DNA of 64,000 nucleotides from assembly GCA_964016885.1 (NCBI GenBank), contig OZ024758.1, positions 30,504,001 through 30,568,000 of the forward strand, read 5' to 3'. The notes beneath the pieces were generated by a model. That model saw only the letters and a program-made list of their open reading frames with translations, searched no databases and was not told the DNA's origin. Both the position numbers and the translations under genes were made by a program. The stretch comes from Eledone cirrhosa. Taxonomy: Eukaryota. Shown here piece by piece: positions 39,347 through 53,789 of the stretch (position 1 is the first letter of the stretch; the number at the start of each line of letters is the position of its first letter).

Positions 39347-42211
39347 TTATTGGTTCTTGAAACCCTCGTACAGGTCACACATAGATAGATATACAAATAT
39401 ATAAGTCTTTGAGTTTAAAATAAGATGTCTTTATGATTTATATAAGTGATATTAATACAAATTATTTGGTAGAATAGAACACCAGAAAATGGAGGAATTC
39501 CTAATTAAGAACACAGGCGAAATTTTCCAGTGATTTATTGTTTAGAGAATTGGATTTTCAATGGTGAGGTTTTGAGTTCGATTTCCTAGCCGGGCAAAGC
39601 GTTATCTCCTTGAGCAAAACAATTTTATTTCACATTGTTTCTTCTGGCAGGACTTGTGACCGGCAGATAGTATTAGCAATTGGAAAGACCAATGAAAACA
39701 TTGTTTACTTGATCCGATCTGAAGAGCTACACCCCTTGTCGATTCAGATAATTCATTCATTGGTACTTACTTTGTCGATATTTGAATGATTAAACGCACA
39801 AGGTTGTATCTAGCATTATTTGACTTACTTGTGCTTCCGCCATCTTACCACCCTGCAATGAAGGTACAAAGAGTTTCTTCATTGAGCTATGATATAAACA
39901 CTAGAATATTTTTAATGTTAAGATTAAGCAAGGGGTTGATTGTACGTTTTATCCGGATTTCACCTATTCTAGAGAAAGGCATTAGAGAAAGCTATAACAC
40001 CATTAGGAACTTAACCTAATAACTTAACCATTCAGAATTTTCTAGCTCAATCTATTCCATCGTAAATATATATATCAGAAAGAAGCGCAGATCATTGCAA
40101 CGCCGTTCAATGTTTTATTAGCTGGAAGTAGCTATCCCAAGTCCTTTAATGAGCTTGTGAAGAGGAGTTGGTTGTTATTAACATCACGTAAAAGCCTACA
40201 CTCGACCATTAATCTCAGTCTGAAGAGAACAACAAATCAATGATAATAATTCAAATGTATCATTTATAAATGCAACTCATAATCAATCCTTTAATTCTTG
40301 TACAGTTCGCTTAATAAATATACAGTGATCATTAACGGATAAAACAAAAATTACCAGGTTCTGTAACAAAATCGAAATCTACAATTACAATAAGAAAGAA
40401 TTGGTACACAATCTTTCGTATTTCAACTAATAACGGGATAAATATTCCTCTAATAGGGAACGAAACTTATGTCAAGAAGATTATAGCGTCTCTTCTCAGA
40501 ATGGAATAATTTGAAATGATATCTAAGAAGTAGGTTGTATCTTTAACCTCACGCAAATGCTGCACTGAATATTATCATTATGTCAGAAATCTGAACGCCC
40601 AAGTCATTGATTTCAAATTTAGATATTACAAATAAGAAAGAGGGAGAAATTAGATTTACAACAGATTTCCTATAATATTTTATTTCAAAATTATAAGAAC
40701 TATTAGGTTGTGTATGATTTTTTAATGTGTATAAATATGTATATATGTGAAATGTGTATAAATATGAATGCATTTGGAATATGTATGAATATGTGTATAT
40801 ATAAATGTAGAATTCGAAATATCTACAGTTTTGTGTACGTATTTTGAGTGTAAAATTTGCCCATGTATATAAATTCAGAATATAAGATAACAGTTTCTGA
40901 TCATATAACATGATACGACATTGAAAGGAGGTGTGATAAAGCTCATAGTTAATGTTACAGGTAGTATGGTTTAGATAAAAGACTAAATAGATTTGTAAAA
41001 ATCGATTCAATCATGCAGTGTTAAAAGTTATTCAAGATATCACTGCTTATTATTTTCAGTACAGAAGTGGTACCTTGGCTTTCACAGATCCCTTCTATCT
41101 ACCACCCATCCAAGAGTCAGTTACAAAATGTTCCGGATACTTTATCTAATGTGTCATTCTACCCATAACCATCCCCGCCTTTCATGCAGATTTAGGTTTG
41201 CCTATGGCTATATTATCCAGTGTGTATCTTTCTTTGTTGTTGTCTAGCTCAGCTTAATCCTTATCTAGGAAATCAACGACAAAACACATTTAATTTACGA
41301 CACCATATTCCAACATAATTCACCCATAAATATACTTATCTAGTGCGTTCTTTCCCTTTTAAACGTGAGAGTGTAGTTTAGAGGCGATTTGGGTGTTATT
41401 TCTAGCAGATCGAGTGACAACAGAAACTTCCTTGTTGGTTCGTATTGCCTCGCATTTTTGTAGAATTTGTGTGTCACATCATGAGAAAAAGGCAGAAAGA
41501 CAAACCGGGTATTGCTATTATTGTTATTTTCACCCAGGTCAATTATGAATTAGCAGAGATATTTATTGTCAAAGGCATTTCAGTCGTGACCATCCTGATT
41601 TTGATAACATCTTGGACTACATTATAAATGTGTACTGTTCTATTTAAGGAAGTGGGGCAGGATTTGAGGGAGGTAGTTGGCTGTTATTTCCAGCAGGTCG
41701 AATGACTACATAGAAGCTCTCCTTCCTCTTTGACCTGTAGTCAAATTATTGTTAATTATAAATGATATTGAACTAGAAAATATTCGGCATGATTATATTG
41801 ACAGATTTTTGATTTCATACCAATTAATTCTTGTTAGCTAACAGGATTTGTCAAGCATAAAAGGACTATTGAACCAAAACGTACGTTAATGCTTTTGTTG
41901 TCATCATGTACATGAATTGAAATGTGAGACTGCTTCGTTAGTAAAGTGTCAGGAAAAAAAATCAATGGAATAAGGTGATTTGAATAAAATTTATTTTTAT
42001 GGAATAAACACTCGTTAAAATCGAAACCTTAATGATATGTGTAGCAGTGCGATTAGAATTATTCCTAGAAAGTTTATTAGTTGTTAAGAACGTAAAGGGC
42101 CGTAATTTTATGCCACGAAGCACATCCACCGCACTATTAGCTATAATAAATTTCATATCCAAGAAGGATCTATGGCGATCCTATCTTTTAATGATATCCA
42201 AGACTACATAA

Positions 42212-43072
42212 TCCAATGTGTATTTTCCTTTAAAGTCAGTGTAATTTGAGAAAGGTTTAGTTGCTGTTTTTAACAGTATGAACACCTGTTTAAAGGCTCT
42301 TTCATTGCTTCATACTTTATGAGTTTTTATTTAACCCGTTCAAATATTTTTCAGAGGCAGTTGATAGTGATGTGTTTACTTTCGAGACTCCCACTATAGA
42401 TCTCCTTTGATTGTCGGATTGTCTTTGATTCTCTTGTTTAGTCGGATGTCAGTTTTGATCCGAAAATCAAAGGAGATCTACTCGTGACCATCCCTAAGCA
42501 TATTTAAAACTACATTATCCAATCTCTATTTTCTTTTTTCGAGATAGCATGAGGTAATTTCACTTCTGGTAGAATCAGTAACCATATGGAGGCTCTGTCG
42601 CCAGTGTTGTAAGACGAGAAAAAAAGTATGTGCACACGAGGTCTTTCGAGAAAGTACTCGACATTAGACTGGAGAAAATACGTATGGTATGAGGTTCGAT
42701 AATCCTTTTCCAAGTAGGTCCTTTATATCCCTATACACTTAGGCAATCGATCCTCCCACTGTTCGAAGCACGTCGGAAAAGGTTCTTGGATTAATTGCAT
42801 CGAATGTACAAGGTATTTTCATGATGTAGTTGTTAGTTTTGCGAGACCCACCAGTCCAGCCCACTACATCTTTCCTTAGCCATAGTCCTTTCCAGACTAA
42901 ATCATCTAATGTGTTCTTTTTATTTTGAGCCGTTATCTTTTCCAATATTCAATGTGTATTTTCCTTTAAAGTCAGTGTGATTTGCGAAAGATTTGGTTGC
43001 TGTTTTTAGCACTATGAACACCTGTTTAGAGGCTCTTACATTGCCTCATACTTTATGAGTTTTTATTTAACT
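42212..43072. repeat. Dispersed direct repeat of about 125 bp (42212-42335 and 42949-43072)
   Basis: caatgtgtattttcctttaaagtcagtgt...gagtttttatttaac appears twice. Related to an older family (gatttggctgctatttctagc) seen near 17600, 41390, 41660, 43210 and 44005. Confidence 0.8.
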
Positions 43073-43299
43073 CTCTGTAAACCTTAATCGAGATGATCTA
43101 TGTTGAAAAGCAACCCAGCCATCACCATATCATCTTTTGGGAGATACCTGGAACTAAACTATTTAATATGAGCCTTTCCCATTTATAAAACAGTAAAGAG
43201 TGATTTGTGGGAGATCTGGCAACTATTCTTAGCAGATTAATAGACAATGTAGTGGACACATCTTCAGCTTGAGTTGTGTTTGTTGTTGTTAGGCTAGAT

Positions 43300-43574
43300 C
43301 ATGGGTTCTCAAATTGGGTGCTACCACCCCCGCGGTGGGCAGTGAGAAGGTCCAGGGCGCAGTGGGGTTGTTGCTGTTGTAGAGATGATATAACCGTGTA
43401 TATATATATTATATTATTTATTATATATAAATTAACGATTTTATTTATTATATATTATTTACAATTTGCGTGTAGGCATGTCTTCCTGGAAATAAGTGTG
43501 GAGGGCGCTGAGGGTATTACGAGGCTGTGAGGAGGGTGGGGGGGGGGGTATCCCCATAAGTTTGAGAACCTCTA
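43300..43574. mobile_element. hAT-Charlie-like MITE
   Basis: Ends catgggttctcaaa / tttgagaacctcta; flanks ggctagat / gcctaggt resemble an 8-bp CTAG-centred TSD. Confidence 0.65.
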
Positions 43575-44164
43575 GCCTAGGTCATCCATTATCAAAAGCG
43601 CCTCATTTTTCGAAAACGGTAGATTGTAGCTAATTCAAAAATGGCAATAAAATTATATAGTTAAAGAACAGAAAGGTATTTATGATTTTATATTTCTCCT
43701 AAGGTTTCTCATTTTTCTTTAATATTTACATTGTCAGTGTTTATAGAACGGGAAGGCGCATGGTTCAGTGGTTAGAGCGTTGGGCTTGCAATTGAGAGGT
43801 TGTGAGTTCGATTCTCAGACCGGGTAATGCGTTGTGCCTTTCCCTTGGACAACGTTGGTGGCACGGGAAGGGGAGACTGGCATGCATGGGAAACTATTGG
43901 TCTTCCGCAAACAAACCTTGCCCAGGCTTGTATCTAGAAGGGGAAACTTTCTAGGTGCAAACCATGGTCGTTAGTGACCGATGGGAGCCTTAAAAAAAAT
44001 GGACATTTGGCTACTATTTCTAGCAAGTCGAGCAGTCTTCTAGAGACTTCTGTTGTTGTTGTTGTTATTGTTGATAGATGTATTATTGCTGAGTGTAGTG
44101 TTGTTTTTTTCTTATTATTGCCGTATCAATGACAATGCCGGCCTTACATTTCATTACCCTAATA

Positions 44165-44350
44165 CTTGTTTCTACTTTTGGCACAAGGCCAGCAATTACC
44201 CAGTAAATTACTGGTACTTTATTTTATCGACCCCGTAAGGATGAAAGGCAAAGTTAACCTCGGCGGGATTTGAACTCAGAATGGCAAGGGCCGTAACTCT
44301 ATGCGTCAAAGCATGGCGTTCGACCCTCTCCCGATACTGCTAATCCACTA
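44165..44350 (-). mobile_element. tRNA-derived SINE family 1
   Basis: Full-length reverse copy. Confidence 0.9.
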
Positions 44351-44723
44351 AAAAACTATTCTAAGATAACCATAGTTATCCCTTATGTAAATATTACATC
44401 TGATCACCGCAGACAGTCTTCTAGTATTTCAATATGTAACACAATAATATTTTTGTCCGATCATCCAATTTACTTTACTTTTTTTTTTATTAAAAAAAGT
44501 GATGTTTGGGTTATTTCCATACAAACTAACCATGGACCTATTCTAAATAATCTTTCCTTCCTCTTCTCCTTGAGGATGTTGACAATATTTGAGGTGATGA
44601 CAAGCAAGATGATGGAATGAGGATGTTGACGAAGGAACTTTTTCGCCCATTTTTTATTTCATCCTTTAATGAATTCATATTAATATTTTCCTTATTCACT
44701 ACTGGTAGCAATCCGTTGCCCCT

Positions 44724-45866
44724 CCACACCACCACCACCATCGCCATCACCACCACTACCACCATCACACCACCATCACTACCACACCATCACCACCATC
44801 ACTACCATCACTACCATACCATGACCACCATCACTACCATCACACCACCATCACATCACCACTATCACACCACCATCACACCACCACCGCCACTACCATA
44901 CCATCATCATCACCACCACCATACCATCACTACCATCACACCACCACTACCATGCCATCACTACCACAACATCACCACCACCACTACCATACCATCACTA
45001 CCATACCATCACAACTATCACACGACCATCACTACCATACCACCATCACCACCATCACCACACCACCGCCACCACCATCACACCACCACCACAACCACCA
45101 CCACCACCACTACCACCACCATCACAGCACCACCACCACCACCACCACCATCACCACCGCCACCACCACCACTACCACCACCATCACCACCACCACGACC
45201 ACCACCACCTCCACCACCACTACCATCACCACCAGAACCAGCAACACGACCACCACCATCACCACCATCACCTCCACCACCACTACCACTACTACCACCA
45301 CCATCACCACCACCACCACCACCTTCACTACCACCACCACTACACCACCATCACCATCACACCACCACCGCCACCGCCACCACCACCATCACACCACCAT
45401 CACCACTGCCACCACCATCACCACCACCATCACCACCACCACGACCACCACCACCACACCACCATCACATCACCACCACCACTTTCACTACCACCAACAC
45501 CATCATCACCACCACCACACCACCGCCACTAACACCATCACCACCACCACCACCACCACTACTTCCATCACCACCATCACACCACCACCACTTCAATCAC
45601 CACCACCACCGCTTCCACCACCACCACTACCATCACCACCACTCCCATCACTACCATCACCACTACACCACCATCACCACAAGCACCACCGCCACCACCA
45701 TCACCACCACTTCCATCACCACCACCACTACTACACCACCATCACCACAAGCACCACCACCATCACCACCACTTCCATCACCACCATCACCACGACCACC
45801 ACCCCCCCCACTTCCACCACCACCACCACCACCACCACCACTACACCACCACCACCACCACCACCA
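44724..45866. repeat. Degenerate (CAC/CAT/TAC)n trinucleotide tract
   Basis: Direct observation; produces spurious Pro/His/Thr ORFs in several frames. Confidence 0.95.
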
Positions 45867-48037
45867 GTGTATGTTTGATAGATGTGTTTAATGCCATATC
45901 TGTCTATCAATATTTTTACACGATTCTATGTTAAAATCCCCGTCTTGTATTGTCCCCTTTTCTTGTGCGCCCTTGTGGCAAATAAAGAAATATACCTATT
46001 AGTTCTGCATCAATCCGTTCTTTCACTTCCAAAAGTTTTATATAATTTCTGCGCTTTCTATGCTTCTGTCGGTATCTATAATTGCATTCGTATTCGCAAT
46101 TTTCTATCTTCCCGCCACGGAAGTTATTTACATGTTACGTTTTAATAGTTTTCGTACTACTTCCTGATAGATTGTTAATTTGAATGAATGAATATATATA
46201 TATATGTATATATATATGTATATGTATGTATATGTATGTATATGTAACAGTTATATTAGTTTCAGTGATTTTCATATTTCTTTTGTATTTTCTTGGAAAG
46301 ATTTTACAGTAAAATTTGCCAGAAGAAACATTTGAATCTGAAGATGACTTCCGCTTGAACTGATATCGTTGGAATGTGTGCATTGTAGGTAAAAGGGAAG
46401 ATAATTCAACTGAAAGACAACGTTGATATGGCTTTAGGAAATTTTTTGTTTCGCAACCACACAATTCCTTTTTAATAAATCGAAGAGAAATGAAGAAAAT
46501 AATTAAGACCATGAATATTTTTTCTTCTTCTAGAATGAAGCGAATTAACCCCCCCCCCTCGCCTCACACAAATCGAAGAAAAGCGCTAAAATAGTGAAAT
46601 GAAAAAAAAAAGAAAAATTAAATAGAGATGAAAATCTACAGAATGAAAAGAAAGCAATTTTAGTGTTGCACGATCTTATGTTTCTTTTTTTTTTATAACT
46701 GTTTTGTCTTTGGATATAACTCATCGCTGTAAAATACATACACAATGCCACATAATAGAACACTGTTGATTTCATTAAGCAAGGAGCAAATAGGAATGGC
46801 AGCGCTAGCATTTGCGACAATAGCAATGCAATACAAAACACAAAAAGTCATCAATATAAGTGATAACTCTTTTTATTGAATAAGTTTGTTAATGACAGAG
46901 GTCTTCCTAGATTGCTAAGATAGAAGCGGGTGATATTCAATTTGAAAATTTGTTAGTCAATGTTTGCAGATAAAGTATGGACAGAGAGGAAGGAATTCCA
47001 TCGGCTGATAATCTCCTATGTGGGGCTGGAATATGACATACAGCAATAGTACTGATAGGGAAAGAAGCGGATGGTTTGGTTTGGATCTGGGCTGAGAAGA
47101 TATGCAATGAGCTTGTTTAGAAAAGTAGAGGGTGTTCTAGTAATGATAGAAAAAAGAACACACAGCAAAGAGAGGAAACCTTATATATATAAGCTGTTAA
47201 CAGAATGTGCAAACCAGTGCTATTTGATATATGTGAGCAATATAACGTATTTATCATTTTAGCCTTGTAGGAACCAACAACTGAACAGAGATTAAGTAAC
47301 TACTGGTTACAAAAAAGAATCACATCTCTGTGATGCAATTATGACACGGGATATGATTAAGTGCTCAGGTTTCTATTTATCCGACTCGTTATTAGTGAGT
47401 TTTAAAACATTCTTAGGTTGGGCGCGACGCCATATTGGGGTCTATTAACAACTATACTTAAAGTAGCCGCAATCTTATTTTGAATATATCGATACAGTAT
47501 TTTCGACGTATGTCTGTATCGTCCCGTAACTCCTGATAGAGTCGTAGGAGCGCCATATTGACATACGGCGTTTCTTGGGCATTTTCGAGGTAGGAGCTGT
47601 TAAAGCTATTGTTCTTTGTTCTTCATCTCTCGTCCCAAGAAGTCTTTTAGGTATCGCAACTATCTCATCTGTAATAAAATCTTTATCAAGTTCTTCAGTG
47701 TCGAAAGCTTTTTTCACAATATTCAGTATAGCTTCCTTAGTTTCGCCCCCCCCCCACTCTTATCAATTCTGCTAGGATTTGATATGGTCCAGTAGCTTTA
47801 TTATTGATTAACGACAGAAACAAAGAAAGGGAATTATATCGAAATCAATTAAACGTAGTTTATTCATACCATTTAATTCAGCAAATTGATCTTAGAAAAA
47901 ACCCATAACTTATTCAGAATCAGGAATTAAATATAGACGTTCGTAACTATTTCTGACTCTAAACAATAGTTGGAGGTGAGACAAAGTTATGTAGAACAAT
48001 TCTACTGTTTATCAGATATTCATTTTATCTTTAGCAA

Positions 48038-48810
48038 TGGCGGATTGGCAGAGAATCGGACAACATTCTTTGCGACATATAATTACGTCCCTTTACATTC
48101 TGAGTTCAAATCCCTTTACTGAATCGATAAAATAAAGTACCAATAATGCACTGGGGGTCAATTTGGTCGACTTTCCCCTCCCCAAAATTGTTGGCATTGT
48201 ACTTAAATCAGAAACAATTTTATCCTTAGCAATTAAAATCTCCCCAATTTGAATTAATTTCTTAAGTAAAAATACAAAACATTTAAATAATGATTTCTGA
48301 TTTATGCACAAGACCAATAACTTTAGGGGAAAGGGAAAGTCGATTAAATCGACCTCAGTGCTTCATTTATCGATCCCATAATGATGAAAAGCTAACCTCG
48401 CCAGGATTTGAACTCAGAACGTAAATGACCGTAACTCTATGCCACGTAGCAATAATGATTTCTACTATAGGCACAAGGCCAGCAATTTGGGGCGGGGGAA
48501 AGGCGATTAAATTGACCCCAGTGCATTACTGGTGCTTTATTTTATCGACCCCGTAAGGATGAACGACAAAGCTAACTTTGGCGGGATTTGAACTCAGAAC
48601 GTAAAGGACCGTAACTCTATGCCGCGTAGCAATAATTGTTTCTACTTTTGGCACAAGGCCAGCAATTATTCCAGTGTATTACCGGTACTTTATTTTATCG
48701 ACCCCGTAAGGATGAAAGGCAAAGTTAACCTCGGCGGGATTTGAACTCAGATCGTAAAGGGACGTAACTACGCTGGAAAGCATGTCTGACCCTCTACCAA
48801 TACTGCCAAA
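48038..48810. mobile_element. SINE family 1 cluster (one plus copy, three tandem minus copies)
   Basis: Consensus matches at about 48038-48220(+), 48290-48450(-), 48452-48630(-) and 48632-48810(-). Confidence 0.85.
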
Positions 48811-49510
48811 ATGTTAGAAAATTAGTAAACGCAGGAGAAATTACAGAATTGACATGCTGCACTTAACAACATTGACTATGTAATTATTAATATATATGAA
48901 AATGACAGAATGTTGGATAAAATGTCTTCCAGCATTTACCTATGTCAATTTACTCTGTGAGTTCAACCTTCACTGGAGTTGACTTTGCCTTTCAGTCTTC
49001 GAGGCTCGATGAAATACCTACCAGTTAAGTATTGTTGTAGCTCTGTAGCTTTCGATGACAAGTGCTCCAGTTGACCGAACAATAAAACAGCCTGCTTGTG
49101 AAATCAATATGCAAGAGGTTGAGTACTCAACAGATATGTGTACCCTTAACGTAGACCCCAGGGAGATTCAGCGTGATACAAGTGTGTGTATGTCAAAGCT
49201 AGTCCTTCGAATTATACGTACAGATGCAATTCATTTTTGCCAGCAACTAGAAATAAAGTGTCTTACTCAATGACACAATATACCTCCAGGAATAGAACAC
49301 AGAACCTTACGATCATTAGCCGAATAACATAACCATTAAACATCACATCTTCCGAGGCAAGTATTGAGTTCGATAGAGCTAACAAGACTGCTCCCAACAA
49401 AAATACAGCGAGATTGGCTTTGAATGGAGACAAAGCTTACGAGTTCGAATATTTGTTGTAGGTATGTGATATATATTTATATTTCGCATAGAGTAAGCTA
49501 ACATCACATT

Positions 49511-49863
49511 TACGAGGGTTGATCGAAAAGTTCGTAGCTGACTATGAAGGATTGATGCATGCATCAATTTCAACGAATGTGGAGAGGAGGACCACACGAT
49601 GCAGCACTGCCTTGTTTGCCCTCTACTACCCAACCAGTGCAGCTTAAAAGATCTCGCAGAATTTAATAATAATGCAAAGGACTGTGTAAAGAAATGGGAA
49701 ACTGTCATATAACCACATGCTTCGAAGATACGAAAAGAAGAAGAACACTTCTTATTAGTAACTGCATTGTTTCTTTCCAGAGACCATGTTGAAAAATAAA
49801 CCTCATTTGGTCATTCCATGAGAGTATCTTCGTCAACCTATGAACTTTTCAGTCGACCCTCTA
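49511..49863. mobile_element. Mariner-type MITE with a nested LINE 3' end (49577-49745)
   Basis: TIRs tacgagggttgatcgaaaagttcgtagctgac / gtcaacctatgaacttttcagtcgaccctcta. The insert is nearly identical to 56223-56386. Confidence 0.75.
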
Positions 49864-50665
49864 TTTGTCATAGAATGATTCTCACTTGTTTTACTTTTTT
49901 TAGCAGACATTGCTTCTTCACGGTAATGATTCCTAGTTAAGAAGATTGAACCAGAGAGAGTTAATTCTTTGTTAGAGACGGTTTGACTTCAACAAATATG
50001 TCGGCATCTTATCTAGTTCAACATCTATATTAATTTGCTATATTATATAAAATTCAATATTAGTTTATTGATGATTTAAAATTACCAGCCAAATAGTAAA
50101 ATAATATTTTGAAGATTTAAGTAAAAGAACAATATAAATATGATAAAACGTGTTGCCCAGTGGCTATTTGTGTAGTTTAAAATTCCACGAAAGCAATCGT
50201 TGATTTCGAAAATGATTATAGATTTAAATTAATCTGTTTACAGCTCTGTCTGTATTGTAAACACTTTGCAACCACTTTCCCTCCCGGATAACAAATTAAG
50301 AATTATTGAAATTAGACAAAATAAAATCTCTCTTGGGTTAAGCTTAGTAATAACCATCATTATATTTAATTTTGGAAATAAAATTCAGTAACATTGAAAT
50401 AATGTTTTTAGAAATTACACATTTATGGTTGAGTAATTACCCCTATCAGTTTAGAGAAATACCAAGTTGATTATTAATAATAATAAAAAATAATAATTTC
50501 TAGCGTTGCTATTAGCCCACAAATTTTAGGGGTAGGGAGTACGCGAATGAATCGACCCTAATATATAACGTAATACATATGTAATATTTATTTAACCGAT
50601 GGCCATAAAATGAATAAAAAAATCTAATATAGTCACAACAGTATTGGGAGGACACAATCGATTAA

Positions 50666-50820
50666 CAGATCTCCCAACCTCTAAAAATCCAAACGGGGTG
50701 TACCATGAAAAAAGTGTCTCAAAATTGGGAAAAATGGGAAGGATTTACATAATGAAAGGTATAACTATTTTCACCAAAACGGGGAGAAATAAGCGAAAAT
50801 GGGGAGAGTTGACAAGTCTA
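50666..50820. mobile_element. MITE family A, older rearranged copy
   Basis: Degenerate TIRs; flanks gattaa / cattaa. Confidence 0.7.
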
Positions 50821-51481
50821 CATTAAGCCAACCACAATACCTTAGTGGTGTCTATTTTATTGATTCCAGACAAATGGGAAACACAACTGACATTAGCGGG
50901 ATTTGGAAAATGCCATAACTAAATACCAGAAAGCAAGTTGTCTAACGCTCTGTTAAAACTGTGACAAACAGCTGGTGGATTGGTGGCGAGAAAGGTAAGA
51001 CTTCTAATTAAATAATATTACCAATAATTATCTTAAATTTTCTTGTACGTTTTCTCTTTGCCTCTGGCAGAATATTTGAATTAAAAATTGATATTTTCCA
51101 GGCATTAGAGATAAAATCTATAGATTTTGAATCATGTTTAAAAAAAAAAAAATTAAAAAGGACAATAGAACTTATTTACACTAATAACGGTAAATAACTT
51201 CGTCAGATTTCCCTGTATCTATCATGCCATCTCTTTCTCACACCCGCCATTTATCCTTCACTCTACATCCACTAAATTTCTTTTATTGTTTTCTCGATAT
51301 ATATTTATATATTCTCCATCTCTTTAATCTGATATTAAATAATATATTTTATTTAACAATGTGGGTAATATCACAGTAATAAATCTCATTATGTTTTAGA
51401 AAATTTCATTTTACATACTATGTTTTATTTAATAGCTCTTAAAAATATAACTAGATGACCTCCCATTAAATGAGGTGGCTT

Positions 51482-51600
51482 TACCATCTGAGTTCAAATC
51501 CCGCCGAGGTTGACTTTGCCTTTCATCCTTACGGGGTCGATAAAATAAAGTACCAGTAATGCACTGGTAATTGCTGGCCTTGTGCCTAAAGTAGAAACAA
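51482..51600 (+). mobile_element. 5'-truncated SINE family 1
   Basis: Consensus from B box to tail; TSD attaaatgaggtggctt. Confidence 0.9.
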
Positions 51601-52664
51601 TTAAATGAGGTGGCTTGATGTTAATTCATTTCTTTTTTTCTCGTCAGTCAAAATATAACACAGTCTAGTACAGAAAAAAATTCTCACGGGAATTCTAAAG
51701 TGTAAAGGTATGTGCCGCCTCAACCAGTTTTAATTCGTAGTTGAGGCGAATTCATTTCCTTAAGGCTTGAAAAAAACAACAAAACCTTCATATTCCCACC
51801 CTATGTGAAGTTCTTGTCTTATATGGCTTAACTTCTTTACTTGATTTTCATAGATACATATGCACGCAGTTCACTCTTTAAAGAGGTGGCAGGTAGGGTA
51901 CCAAGCCTTAAAAACCATGAAGAGGAACATTTCAAGTGCATATGTATCATCTCGGGCAACACACGAAGTTCTGATACATGATACTTCCAAACTGCGAAGG
52001 CGCATAACTTAGTGGTTAGAGCATTGGGCTTGCAATCGAAAGGTTGTGAGTTCAATACTCAGACCGGATGATGTGTTGTTTCCTTGAGCAAGACACTTTA
52101 TTTCACGTTGCTCCAGTTTACTCAGCTGTAGAAATGAGATGATAGGACTAGGGTCCCTATCATTAAATTACCCAATACACCTACAACGACTTGGAGGAGG
52201 CCAGCTAAACCTACATAGGTGTGAGCTGTCACAAACACATATGTTACTAGTGTTTGCTCTAAAGGGAAGAGGTTTTAGCTTCGTTTCTTGACTTCTTATA
52301 AGACTAATAAGTATACATTTGCTTTCGCCTAAGCATTTTTCCTAACATAATTATCTTCTAATAGTTTTGTATCTAAATTAAGTCGTCTCCGACTTGTTTA
52401 CATAACAGACATATGGTATGTATATGTATGTATATATATCTATATATATCTATATATATACATACATATACAAAGGTGGTCGCTTTAAGAGTAACCAGTA
52501 TAATAAAACCCCTACCACAACATTTTGATTAAGATATCTACAAACCACTCTTTCCCATTTCTCCAACCCCTGCATATCTCTCTCTCCCCTTTTCTTTCTT
52601 CCTTTTTTACTCTATCTTCCCCAATAACCTCACTTAAGGGTATTTTACACTGTACATTTTAACC

Positions 52665-52788
52665 ATTCTGCTCTGAGGATACAGTGGTCACAGCATTTGA
52701 TAATTGAGTTTTGCAAATAGTTATAAATTTGCACATAGCATAACTAGGCTGTATAACCACGGTGGAAACATTTGTAAGCACACAGAAT
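52665..52788 (+). ncRNA. Type I hammerhead motif with extended stem II
   Basis: tgct CTGAGGA tacagtggt-cacagc...gctgt-ataaccacggtg GAAA ca-tt-tg TA agca; distal stem I attctg/cagaat. Confidence 0.75.
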
Positions 52789-52832
52789 AAATAACCTTTT
52801 TATGATGTCTACCTGTTATTATTCATACTTTA

Positions 52833-52863
<31 letters not shown>

Positions 52864-52954
52864 CTATCTATCTATCTAAGGCGGGTAAAATTCCCGAGAT
52901 CCATGGACGAGTTCTCTCCAGCGGTCTCTGTCCCTCATTATCGCTGCCATATCC

Positions 52955-53170
52955 TGCATCTCCAACAGGATGAAAAACTCAGAGCTGTATGGGAGCATCC
53001 CAAAAGTCAGCTCAAAAGTGACACAGAGGAGACTGAGGTTGGCTGGACATGATCACCGACATCCAGAGTTGACATTGCACTCAGTGCTCCTTAGGGAGCC
53101 ACTACATGGACACACTAGAAGAGGAAGACCAAGGTTAACATATGTTGATGCCCTAAGGACAGACACTGGT
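52955..53170 (+). mobile_element. RTE-clade LINE 3' fragment (second family)
   Basis: ELYGSIPKVSSKVTQRRLRLAGH.HRHPEL...LL.EP.HG...RGRPRLTYVD.L..DTGL. Confidence 0.8.
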
Positions 53171-53197
53171 CTCTCTCTCTCTCTCTATATATATATA

Positions 53198-53748
53198 ATA
53201 AAATAACAGGAGGCTGGACTGGTGTAACTCCTTAAAGGTTTATTATATTATGAACATTTCAATGACCGGGTTCAGTATGAATAAGGTGACATCATCAGGT
53301 ATTCGAAATTTAACAAAGAATATCATCCATGGGGCTGAAAAGGTAGTGACAAGAAGGCGACCACACATTTAGCAGTTTCTAGTGAGGGCGGCCGCCCTCA
53401 CTAGAAACTGAGGGCGGCCGACCGAACTAGAAACTGCTAAATGTGTGGCCGCCTTCTTGTCACTACCTTTTCAGCCCCATGGATGATATTCCTTTGTTAA
53501 ATTTCGAATACCTGATGATGTCACCGGATTCATACTGAACCCGGTCATTGAAATGTTCATAATATAATAAACCTTTAAGGATTTACACCAGTCCAGCCTC
53601 CTGTTATTTTATAATAATTAACTCCGTACTTGCACCACCAACACAAATGAAGACGGGCGAGTTGCATTATGTCGAATGCTCTCCCTAATATTACATCGAG
53701 GTTGACCATACGGAATGACCAGTTCTATCTAGTGGTGAACCAACAAAC
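53198..53748. mobile_element. Fold-back element family C with two hammerheads (53245-53302 minus, 53508-53565 plus)
   Basis: Inverted arms at about 53198-53383 and 53427-53612; CTGATGA 53512-53518, GAAA 53550-53553; tail homologous to 30454-30588. Confidence 0.8.
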
Positions 53749-53789
53749 ATAAATAAATAAATAAATAAAAAAATATATATATATAACAT

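Noticed and set aside
40549-41010. 153-aa minus-strand ORF
   Set aside because: Non-ATG start, low-complexity AT-rich composition, no recognisable motif.
44617-45891. 424-aa and 308-aa Pro/His/Thr-rich ORFs (extensin- or formin-like)
   Set aside because: Open in several frames because of a (CAC)n tract; no flanking domain or splice support.
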